This document shows, piece by piece, positions 14,101-25,318 of a stretch of 64,000 bases of DNA. The stretch is taken from positions 992,001 to 1,056,000 of the forward strand of contig CM052840.1 of NCBI GenBank assembly GCA_028534125.1, written 5' to 3'. Each line of letters opens with the position of its first letter. The stretch's first letter is position 1. The stretch is from Lama glama. Taxonomy: Eukaryota. The notes under the pieces were generated by a model. It did not search any database. It saw nothing but the letters and a program-made list of their open reading frames with translations, and was not told the DNA's origin. The position numbers were made by a program, and so were the translations under genes.

Positions 14101-15919
14101 TACTGTCCCCCAACCCTGTGACTGTGTGTATCCTGGGGAGCCTCCCTCTACTTTTCAGAGTCAAGGCCTCCCAGGGACTGGCTCTCATGGGTCTTGGGTC
14201 GCCAGCACCTAGCACAGAGCTGGACACACAGCAAGAGCTCAGGTTCCCTGAGTTGAAAGACCAAACACAGGTTGGCATCACTTCCGCTCACCCTGCCTCC
14301 CTTGTCTCCTGATCGGCCTAAGATGCTCACTGCTGGGGCACTGACCCCCTGGCTTCCCTGGAGAGAGAAGTGAGAACTGGCTTCTCCTTGGGTATCTCTG
14401 CAGCCCAGCCAGTTCCCATGCACTCAGGGAACTGGCAGCCACCGGGCTAGGTCAGATCCCGCCACTGCAGGGCAAGGTGCTGAAGACTTTTCTGTCTCCA
14501 GCCTTGAGCTGTTTGCTTAAGTCACTGGGCTGCTCTGCTCAAAACATGATACTGCCCACACCCTTGGCACAGGCCTCACGCGAGGCCCAGGTGCAAGGAG
14601 CCAGTAGGTGCAGATAAGGCCAGAAGCCCAGGGATGAACAGAGGTGGCAGAATTCATCTCCTTCTTGGGGAGGTCTAGCCTCAGTTTGCTCACATTGAAA
14701 ACTAGCTCTTCCTTAGCTGGACCATCGCAAAGGTGATGTGTGTCAGGAGGGTACTTTGTGAGTACTTTGACTCTATCTGCCTGAGGCAGTAAATCCCTGC
14801 AACCTGTTTGGTTTGAGTGAGTGTGTGTGTGTGAGCACGTGCTGGAAGATGTGTTGAAAAATAGGGTTGGGAGAGGATGACTGAACTCTGATCCGACGGG
14901 GACACAGGGATGGGCTTTAAAGAGAGAAACTGGGATGGAGTCAGGAGTCAGAGGGCTTGCGGACAAGCTGATAACCCCCTATAAAAGTAGCCCTTCCGGG
15001 GACAGCCCCATCCCGCATCCTCCAGGGAGTGGCCACCTGGAGTTCAGAACTCAGGTCTCCTGGCTCTGGCCAAGAAAGGTCCGCCGGGTCCCCTCCTGGT
15101 CTCCTCACCTCCCTGTCTTTCCTTGCAGAGGTTGGGCCTTATTTACATCAGTATCCCCAGGGCAGCATCCTGGCCCTGGATAAGGGTTTTAAGTAAATAA
15201 ATGAACGAATGAATATAGCTTTTAACCCTAGGAGTGGGGGTGGAATAAGTCGCTACCAAAAGAGAATCTGAAGCCTCCTGAAAGAGGTTTGGGGTCGATG
15301 CTTATCTGCTTTCACTGTGAACAACAGACAATGATTTAACAAGAATCAAGACTCTGACCTGCTAGGATCTGATGCACTCTTTGCCCCTGGCTCTTTGCTT
15401 CTGAACCTGCCTCTTCTCTGTGTTTCCCTTCCTGCCATGTGTTACATACCTCTCCATGACTTTGTTTTCCCTCCACCAGCCCTAACTCTGTCCCACAATT
15501 TAATTCTACCCAAAATACCCCCAAGATGCCCTTTGGAGCCATCAGTCCTCTCTCCCTCCTGTCCTCTGCTTCTCCAGCTTCTGGTCTGACTTTCTCCTTC
15601 CTGGGTGTCCCTTCTGTGACCCGTCCCCAGATTCAGAGGTGCCTGTCCAGCTCCCTTGGTGACTTCGGAGAACCTTCTGGGCTCATTTATGCTTTCTGTC
15701 TCTATTATACAAAATCTGCCGGCCCAGAGTTTTGCTGAGACAGTAGGAGAAGGGTCAGGGAGGAGTTCCCAGCCCCGGAACGTACTCTGGAGGCCTCAGC
15801 CACCTTTACCCATGTTGCCCTGGGAGGTGTACCCCATGGGGAGGCTGAAAGTGGGGTCTTCCGTAAGGCGTCATCCTTAGCTTTGCAGGTTCAAAGATTA
15901 AAGTGATAATAGATGAGGC

Positions 15920-16105
15920 ATGGTATTTGAAGCCATAATATCCAAGCTAGGTTCCTGCCTCATCCATCCAGGTCTCTGAGACCTTAGGCAAGTTATTTCA
16001 CTCCAGTCAGCTTCAGTTTCCTCACTTGTAAAGTGAGAGCAACACGCCTGCATCATGTGGTTGTTATGAGAATTAAACCAGATAACCCGTGTGAAAGCCC
16101 AGCAT
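15920..16105 (+). mobile_element. MIR SINE
   Basis: GACCTTAGGCAAGTTATTTCAC...CAGTTTCCTCACTTGTAAAGTGAG...GTTGTTATGAGAATTAAA. Confidence 0.75.
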
Positions 16106-17759
16106 CACTACCCGAAGTCAGCTGGGCTCAGGGGAGACTGACTCACATTATCAAAACTCACACTAGACCAGTCAATAGCCCAGGATGTCCATGGGTCATT
16201 TAAAAGAGAGAAATGTAACCTGCAGGCAGCCCCAGATACTCCAGTCAATCGGGCAGTGCATTCTCTGCACTGAGGGAACCAAATTACAACCAAAATTTCC
16301 CTGGCTGACATGATAGCCCAGCAAAGGGCTTAGTCATTTTGGCCACTGTCACCTGGCTATAGAGAGTCTGATAACTCATCTGCCCAAAGTTTAGAACAGG
16401 TCTGGCTACCCATGCACAGGACAGTGCTGGAGATGGATGGACAAATTCTGGCCCTCTGGCTCTACTTTGTTTGAAGAGTCCAACCCACGGTCATTCACGC
16501 ATCCCTCAGATCTATATTGAGCTTTTACTAAGTGCCAGGCATTGGGCGAGGTGGTAGGGATACAGAAGCGAACAAAACAGGCACTGCCCTGCCCTCCCCA
16601 TGGAGCTCACAGTCTTTGGAGAAAGACTGACAATTGAACGCATGGTTACCATCCATTGTGATCAGTGTATTGCTACCATGGTGAAGCAGAGGAAGCCATG
16701 GGAACATGGCAGCTAAGCCAGTGCAGGGGCCTGGGGGAGGGCTGCTGGAGGAATTGTCCACGCACATCTCCTGCCTTCGACAGGTGACAGAGCACGCTTG
16801 GGTGGCTTGCCTTCCAGCTTTCTTAAGTCGTGTTCAGGCCCCTGGCTACACCCCAGCAACTCTGAGTGACCTCGGGTGTTTCCCTAGTCCCCACAAGCAA
16901 TGCATCTATAAACTCTCCCTTGGGCTGGGCTTGCAAACAATTCATTCTTTCCTTCAAACAACAAATATTTATTGAGTCCCTATTATGTGCTGAAGCTAGA
17001 TCATTTCACCTTCCCAGCAGGATTTTCTCCTTAACCTCCAGGGTGCCTTACTGAATCACTCCTGTCCCACCTCAGTGCCTCTGCAGTCTTCTGGAGAGAT
17101 GGAAGGACAATCTAGGATCAAGGCAGTGCCGCCCCAGATGTCGTGAAGGAAGAGACCCCTGGCACTCGCTGGGGACTCCCCCTCTCAGCCTGAGCTGAGC
17201 CACGACCCCGGTGGACATTCATTCCTGGAAATGACAGAGGCTTACGAGTTAGAGGTTTGCTAGCCTTCAGGTCACCTTACACATAAATTGTTGTAAGTCC
17301 AGTTTCTTGAGCTCCTTTACCATATTGCAAACCCCTATCTGGCCCCTGGCCCTGCCTGAGAAGTCAGGAGGGCGAGGAACACTTCCCCACTGCACAGATC
17401 AAGGCACAGAGCTTACAGATGACCAAAGGTCTCCGTTACAGCCCCAAACCTCCCAAGGGCCCTCAGGGCTTCCTAGACATGGCTTTCCCCCTTCCTCAGG
17501 GGTGTTCAGAGTCCTCCTGTCCCCCTCAACACCCTAGCTCTCCAACCTTCAAAGCAAGCAGCCCCAGGACCCCACCCCTCGGGGGGCCTCAATGGGTCCC
17601 ATTGTCCAAGAGGCTGCTTGGCTTGACCCCAGCCCCAGAGCAGCAGGACAGCAGGCCTGGAGAGGGGTCTGCCTTGTCCCCTCCTCGCCTCGGCTGGCCG
17701 CCCTGGGGGAGCCTGTGGGGCCGGGGCCCCGCTGAATGTGACCTATTGTCTTCGGGGTG

Positions 17760-18085
17760 GATTTAGGAAGTGGCAGGCTCCCATCAAACAGCCCTGCTCC
17801 TCAGGTAAAACAAAAAAAGGGCTGTTCATTTGGGACCTTTCTTCCTTATCTCCTTTTCCTATCTCCTCGGGCTTAGCTATGGTGTAGTGTTCGAAACCAC
17901 TTCCCCTCCGAGCCAATCGGAGGCCAGGGCTCACCCCGNNNNNNNNNNNNNNNNNNNNNNNNNNNNNNNNNNNNNNNNNNNNNNNNNNNNNNNNNNNNNN
18001 NNNNNNNNNNNNNNNNNNNNNNNNNNNNNNNNNNNNNNNNNNNNNNNNNNNNNNNNNNNNNNNNNNNNNNNNNNNNNNGGTAAGC
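17760..18085 (+). promoter_or_regulatory. SLC26A9: Probable SLC26A9 proximal promoter and non-coding exon 1 (mostly hidden in the N gap)
   Basis: NF-Y-type AGCCAATCG at 17911-17919 and ETS-like AGGAAGTG at about 17765 precede the gap. A donor G|GTAAGC lies right after it (GT at 18080-18081). The implied intron 1 of about 7.1 kb is similar to human as I recall it. Confidence 0.6.
17939..18078. other. Assembly gap (140 N)
   Basis: Run of N. Confidence 1.
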
Positions 18086-21000
18086 CCCACCCAGCCCACC
18101 CCCCACTCCCCACCCCCCACCCTGGGCTGGGGTCATCCCTGGAAGAGGGCAGGCACTGGGGCAGCGAGAGGTGGGATGACAGAAACCAGCCGATCAAGGG
18201 GATGGCTGTTTGCCATCCTGAGCACAAGTGGCAAGGAGGCTCTGGCCCCTGAGTCTGTGAACCGCCCCCAGCCCTTCACCTCTGAGAAGCCCATGGGGTC
18301 CTCACTTCCCTGTAAGGACCTCAGCCGCAGGGCAGGGGGCTGAAGGTCTGCCAGACCCCGGGATGGGGTGAGGAGGAACAGCTAGCTCCCTTGCAATGGC
18401 TTCTTTCCCTTGCAGAGGAAAGAACGAAAAAATATTGGACCTTCCTTGAAGCGCCAGCCTTTGAAGCTGCTGGCTGCACCTCTCCCTTTCTTTTCAAGTC
18501 TTGGAAGCAAAAATCTCTTAATGCTTGGCTCACCCGTCTGTGTGGCTGTCTCCCCCTCTTCTGCCCTCCAGGTGTCCTCTCTCACTCATTCACTTCTCCA
18601 CCAGCTGGGGGCACCTGTGTGGGCTGCACGGGATCCCATGCGTCCCCATTAGTCCTGAGAGGGTGGAGGAGGTGGAAGGAGGGGAAAGTGAGCATTAGGA
18701 GAGGGAGAGCAAGAGACCAGGTCCAGCAGGCAGGCAGGAGCAGGACCCAGCGACCTGACTCCTAGTGGATGCTCTAGCACAGGCGCGTCTGGGCCAGCTC
18801 CACTGGCTCCCAGCCTCCTACGCCCTCATCCTGCAGCTCTGAGGGGTCCCAAATCACCCTCAGGCAATGCCCACATTCCTCAAAATCAGCTCACAGGGTC
18901 TCCAGCCTAGGCCAAGCAAATCTTCTATCATTCTAGCATAAACTGCCCCACTCACACTTGACTCCACTGGGTCTGAGCGCAGGTTGGAAGACCGGATTTA
19001 AGGCCATGTCCCTTGGAGGGGCACAGCATCCTAACTAAGCAGGGCAGACGAAGGGAGGGCTATCCTCCTGGATGGCTTCACTCACACAGACACCCCTCTC
19101 CCGGAGCCTCGTGGTCCTCCCACATCCCTCCCTTGGCCCTGGCATTCAGAACCCACAAGACCCTCCTTCGGCAGCACTGAGACCAGCCCACGGCTCCTCC
19201 CCCACCAGGCTCCTGGGGCGCCCCCCAGAGCCTGGCCGATGTCCTGAATGCTCATTTGTATGAGGGCACAGGTGGACTGTTCTTTCTCTCTTGTTGTCCA
19301 GAGACTTCCCAGGAATTGGCGCATAGCAGGTATTTAGTAAGTACTGCTGGACTGAATCAAACAACCCAAGTCTGGTCCCAGTGAGCTCCCTGAGGGAATG
19401 AAGGACCAGCTGGGCACTGAGCAAGCTCTGGATTCCTTGAACCAGAGCAGGGGGCCCTTCACGGGTCTCCTTGGACACCCAACTGCTTCCAAATGAGACT
19501 AACCCTAGTCTCCTTGCAGACCTCTAGGAGTCTAACCTTTAGCGTCCGTTTCAGGGACCCATGACCTTGGTCAGGTCTCATTGCTAGAAAGGGTTTTTCA
19601 AAGTCTAGCCTCTTTTGATGGCGTTTTGCAGCCGTCCCCAGCAGGGAAAGCAAAGAGGACCAGGAAAGGCCGCCTAGAGATAAGGAGTGGGGATTTGAGG
19701 CTCTTCTCCAGGGGATACCAGCCCCTAGAGCAGCCAGAGAGCAGGAAGGCAGCGAGGGTATCTCATGCTCCCCCTCCCGTTACTAATGAGGAAATGAGGC
19801 TGGGGTGAAGAGAGGTGGGAAATTCTGCCCCGGAAACATGGGGACAGTCGAAATAAAAGGAGTATTGATAAAATGCCTTGGAAACTCACAAGCCTCTACA
19901 GCCTCACTTCTTCCTGCCTGGGACGTGGTCACCAGCTGGGACCCAACCCCTCCTACCCCGTCCCCAGTTCCCACCCCACCCACTCTGTCATTCAGAGGAG
20001 GCCCTTTCCCTCCGGCTCCCACCCTGGATGAGGCAAGGAGGAACCAGCAGCTAGGGCAGAGGGGAAACCTCAAAGTGACCTTTCTTCTTCCCAGAACACA
20101 GTGATTGCCCAGGTAGGGACCAGTGATAAGAAAGCCAGGGTGGGTTGGCCAAGCTGGGGTTGCTCCCGTGCCTGGCACATGTGCACATCAAAGAAACCCC
20201 CCCACACACACATTCACCTGGCAGGACTGAGGACCAAGTCAGCCTGGGCCACAATGACAGGGTCACCTCCAGACCTACCGAAGCCCCACAGACGGGCTCC
20301 TCGCCTCCCTGCTCCCCGGATGTCCTGCCCACTCCTCAAAAGATTTTCTGTGTTTCTCTCACCAGTCCTGGGAAATTTTGGAGGAACACGGGAGTGGGGA
20401 AGGGCGGGTGGGACACATGTAGGAGCAGATGGGAAAAGGAAGAGAGAGAAAGGCAGAGTGACCTTCCTGAGGTTGCAGAGAAGCGAGGAAGAGAGCCCTC
20501 CAGGGTAGAGTAATAAGAACCACACAGTCCGAATCTGTTGCACGTGTACAGTGGGCAGGCACCGTGCCAAACCTTCCTATGCATTAACCTGGGCACTATG
20601 CCTGAGCCCACCCCTCCCCACAGTATTCTCATGGGTGATGGAGAGAGACCTAGCCGGAAATATGACTGGGAGGAGATTCCAGTGGGCTTTCTTTGCTGTG
20701 AGCTCACTTTGGAGGAAATTAAGATTCTGATGAGGATCCTGAAGCCCAAGAGGCGGGTCTGCTCTGGCCTGTGCCCTCCCTGCAGAGTCCATTTCCCCTT
20801 CGTCCCCATCCCCAGCTCATTATCTCTCCAAGACCTAAATCCCCTGGCCCCAGATGTGACCTGCCAAGCCGGGGGAGTTGTCCATACAACCACCTCTTCT
20901 GACCTCTGCTTTTCCCTCTTCACCCTTAAGCCCCACAGACCCCATCTAGGTCTCTCCAGCAACTCAGGACCCTCCTCCTTTCCTCCACAGTGGGGGAGGG

Positions 21001-24000
21001 GGCAGGGGCACGCTTTTGTCCCTCAATATTGTCACATGGCACCGGTGGGGGATGGGAGGCGGTGGATGGGAGGCCGGGCTCGGTGATACACACTTAAGGT
21101 AATAGAGCGCTCGACTTTTTTCAGCGATGCTGACATCACTTGGCAGGGCTGTGTGTTTGTTTAACTAGGGATCAAGTCTTCACGTTCCCTATACCTCTCT
21201 CCCTTTCTTGCTCCCTCTTTCACCTTCCCACTCCAACCTAGCATTGTAGGAGCCCTCTCTGGGGGTCCCTGGGAGCCCCTGAACTCTCTGAGAACCCTGG
21301 GAGCCATCTAGGAGAGGCGGTGCCTCCCACCAGGAGGCCAGCTCACCCTCTTCCACCTCTCCCATCCCCCTCTCCTCCTTGGCCTGAAGGACTGGCTGCG
21401 GATGAAGTAAGCTCCCCTCCTAAGCCCCACCCGGCCTCAACTCCTATTCTTGGAATTAGGAAGTATGACCAGGGCACCTCCTCACCTGGAGCTGGGGCAG
21501 CTCGTGTGACTGCCGATTCACCACTCTGTCCCGGTCCCAGGAAAGCCAAGCCAGGAGAGGTGTCAGGACCCACAGCAGAGCCCTCGAGAGGAGAAGCAGA
21601 ACCCGGAAGTCCTGTATCACTGCTGGGATGCAAGGCCACCAGGGTGGTCCGATGCAACTCAGGGGCAACCCCAGAGAGCAGGATCAGGGGCGTCTCTGGC
21701 AGGTCTGGGGCCTTTTCAACAGAAGCACTTGAGCGGAAGTCGAAGGCCTTGTTCGAATTCCCATCCCACCCCTAAGAGTCAGTTTCCTCAACATGAGAGA
21801 GTTGGACCCGCCTCGTCCTCAGGTTCCCTTCTGGACAAATCCTTCTGCGTCTGCTGCTGGATTCCTGTTTTTATGTGTCATGTACACTCAGAACTGGGAA
21901 AGCTCCCGAAGCCTTCTCCCTTTCAATATCCTATTTCTGGAATGAAGTGAGCTGAGGGCGTGAAGAAAGGGACAGATTTTGCATTCCAGTAAAGCAAGGG
22001 CGCTTCCCTCCTCCGTCAGCCTGTGTAAGCAGGAGGTCCCCTAGCATCTAACCCTCACCTGTGTAAGGCCCGCCCCCAGAGGGAGAAACGTTCCTGCAAC
22101 ATCCACCTGTGCCCTCAGAAGAATTTCTAGCACCATCACCCCCTTTCCTGCCTCCCTTCCCTGCAAGTGACAACCAGCAGCGGTCAAAGCCAACAGTGGA
22201 GTACAGGCTGGAGAGGGCCCAATAAAGGAGATCCAAGGAGGCCAGGGTGGTCTTGAAAGGTTTCACAGAAGAGGAAGAGGAGCGTGGGAAGAGGGAGGAG
22301 AGGGTGGAGGAGGAACCTAAACAGGTCTTAAGGATGGGCAGGGCTAGAAAGGCAGAATGAGCCAGGGCATCTCGGGGAAGGAGGAAAGTGTGGACAGAAC
22401 TCCAGAGGAAAAACTGAGGAAGCTTGCCTGAGGGTGCTGAGTAGACAGCCTGGATGGAGCGGGCAGATCCAGCCGATACATCTCCTGAGTCCAGCAAAAC
22501 AGGGCCGGGTGGGAAAAGGACAAACATGCCACAAAATAAGGAGTCTGGGTGGGCTTGAGCCTCCTGGAAATGAGGAAGCTGAGGGTTTCTGAGCAGGGGG
22601 GGCATGGTCCAAGGCTAACGCAACAGTCCAGGTGTGCGATAAGACCTGGGAGGGTGGGGACAGGAGAGACACTGGAAGGAATTAGCAATGGGATTTGATG
22701 AACAACAATGTGGAGGCTGGCAGGAGGGGAAGGGCAGGAACAAGTGTGCGGGGTCGGGGGGGATAGGGCGGGGGAGTCGGGTTAGTGTCAGTAGGACCAG
22801 ATGTTAGCAACCCCCTCCCCACAAACGTACCACCACTAACACCTTTGAAAGCAGCCTGGGAAGGGGCTTTGGGTACCACCATCTGCTGCTTGGCATGGAA
22901 ACAAGATCTCCCATCAGCCCCCTTCCCTCTTCTGGTTGAGCCCCCTTGACATTTTTGGCTATTCCTTTACCAGCAGCCTGTTGGGGGGCTGGGCACTGAC
23001 TCCCCAAACTACAGGTCTTCCTCTGAAGTGGGGCTGGAGCTCTGGATCCCTCTGGAAGGTCAGGCCCCCAACTCATTGCTTCCCAAAGGGCCTGCCAGGC
23101 AAACCACTGGAAAACTGGACCCTTCCAGACCCTGGGGAGGGTAGGGAGGGGAAGGAGAAGCAAGGTCCCCCTGCCTCACTGGAGGCAAAGGGCTGGGAGC
23201 CTCTGAATAATCTCTCCCAAGAGGAAAGAGGCACCCTCCCGTCTTAATCATAGTAATCATCGCCGTTACCATTTACTGAGTGCCCTTGGAAAAGCAGCCA
23301 CTGCACACGTACGATCTCATTTCATCCTCACGGCAACCACCTGGGACTGTTATTATCCCCATTTACAGGTGAAGAAACTGAATCTTTGAACCCAGGTCCT
23401 TCTGGCTCCAAAACTTGTGCTGTTTTCCTCATGCGGGTCAATTTCTCACTTCTCCCACTGAAATATCTCAAATGCCACTGCTCTTACTCTTACTTACATT
23501 TCTGCCATGTCTTCTCCAAAGCAGCATCCGTTGATTCACTCAACAAGCATTTGTTGGCTGCATACTGAGTGCCAGGCAAGGGGCTGGGCACAGGCGCTGT
23601 GGGCAGGCTCCTTCCCCCGCTTCCCTGCCAGTTGGGTATCTGTGAGGGGGTGGGGGTTGCCGGGCACCCAGCCCACCCTTACAGGTCCTGGGGGACCCCA
23701 GGGTCCTGTGACCACACGAGTGGATTGCACCAGAACAACCTTCATCCACCTGGACACAGTCTTATTCACAATAACAACTCGCATTTGCATCACTGCTTAC
23801 ATGTTACATAACCCTCTCTTGTCCATTTACTCATTGGATCCTCAGAACAAGCCTGGGAGATGATATGTTACCTCAGTTTTGCTGACGAGGAATCTGAGGT
23901 TCAGCAAGGTTAATACTGCCCCTTCCACTTCATCAGTGAAGCCAGGACTAGACCCCAGGTTTCTGGGCCTTTACTGCTGTGTTTTCATCCACAAAAGGTA

Positions 24001-24096
24001 TCAGCCAGCCTGCTCCCCTCTGATAACCTCTCACTCACCCACGTTCCCCGCTAGGAAGGCTGGGGGCATCCTGATCCCCCTGTGTGGTTTCTCACC

Positions 24097-24214
24097 TTTT
24101 GGGGGGTGGGTAATTAGGTTTTTATCTATTTATTTATTTAGTGGAGGTACTGGGGATTGAACCCAGGACCTTGTGCCTGCTAAGCACATACTCTACCACT
24201 GAGCTATATCCTTC
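24097..24214 (-). mobile_element. tRNA-derived SINE (Vic-1-like), SLC26A9 intron 1
   Basis: GTAATTAGGTTT...GGAGGTACTGGGGATTGAACCCAGGACCTTGTGCCTGCTAAGCACATACTCTACCACTGAGCTATA. Confidence 0.87.
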
Positions 24215-25193
24215 TCATCTCAAGTCTTCTGCCAAACTGGCCACAGCCATCCCAAACTCCCCACCTCCCAGATGTCAATCTCTCTCTAAGCCTGCCCCAT
24301 CTCTTCTTCTCCCTCCGTCTTCCTCTGAGGTCCTCCAGGAGGGCTTCTGCCAGCTCTGGGGGGAGGGAGACAGGAGAGGGACCAGCAGCGGGAGGAGGGA
24401 GGAGGGAAAGATCCCTGCAGGGAGCTCCTCTGGGCCTCAGGGGCCCTAGCCCTTAGCTCTGTCCTACTCAGCTCCGGGAATGTCAGCAAGGTTGCGCAAA
24501 AAGCGAGGAGGAGAGAGATGCCAGTACACAAGGGTGGAGGAAAGGTTAGACACAGGAAGCCGTGGGAGAGCCAGCCTGGTGTGGACCATCCTGATTTCCC
24601 CAGACAGACTATCGTCCCCCTGGGGAAACCTGTTGGTGAAGTTCTAAGTAGCTCCTTTAGCTTAGCTGAGGTCCTCCTGAGGTCACCTCAGCTAAGCCCC
24701 TACCAGGCAGGCTGTTTTCTCTGTTTCTTCCAAGCTGACTGGTTGAATGGGATGAGCCTTTCTGCCACGGAAACTGAGGTCTGGGGAGCCTGAGGGGACA
24801 GTGGGGGGCACCAGGGGCTGACGCTGGGGGTGGGGAAGGGGATGACCCTGCTGAATCCCAGCTGTGACGCCCACCTCCTTTTTGCCTGGTGTTCAGCGGG
24901 GGTGACAGCGATGTCACGGGTGTGGAGTGCCAGCCACATGTTGGGCGCCAAGCAAAACAGCCAGGGCAAGTATATGCATCATCGGTGCCTGGGAAGGAAG
25001 GCCACCAGGAGAAGTGAGTCTGGCGGAAAGACCTGAAAGAAGGAAGGGAGGCACCTTGCTCGCTGGGGGCGGGGAAGACAGAATAAAACTCTGCTGAGCT
25101 AGGACGGGAGAGAAGGCCCAGGCCGGCACTGGAAAGGGATGCCCCTCACTCTCCCCTGCTCTGCTTCTCCCAAAGCTTGTAAATGCCCCAGAC

Positions 25194-25318
25194 ATGAGCC
25201 AGCCCAGGCCCCGCTACGTGGTAGACAGAGCTGCATACTCCCTCACCCTCTTCGATGATGAGTTTGAGAAGAAGGACCGGACATACCCACTGGGAGAGAA
25301 ACTTCGCAATGCCTTCAG
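25194..25318 (+). CDS. SLC26A9: SLC26A9 exon 2, coding part (exon probably starts at 25176)
   Basis: Acceptor ccaaag|cttgt; ATG at 25194; MSQPRPRYVVDRAAYSLTLFDDEFEKKDRTYPLGEKLRNAFR; donor AG|gtaacg; 125 coding nt. Confidence 0.96.

Noticed and set aside
14965-14990. GATA site plus TATAAAAG about 3 kb upstream of the SLC26A9 promoter
   Set aside because: Isolated motifs with no downstream exon or donor that I could support.
1-17700. Possible exons of the upstream neighbour (RAB7B in human synteny) or of a lncRNA
   Set aside because: I found no Rab GTPase motifs and no coherent exon chain. The region reads as intergenic DNA with repeat remnants.
20101-22688. Several 110-208 aa ORFs in SLC26A9 intron 1
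   Set aside because: They overlap on both strands, mostly start at GTG/TTG and show no homology; expected by chance at this GC content.
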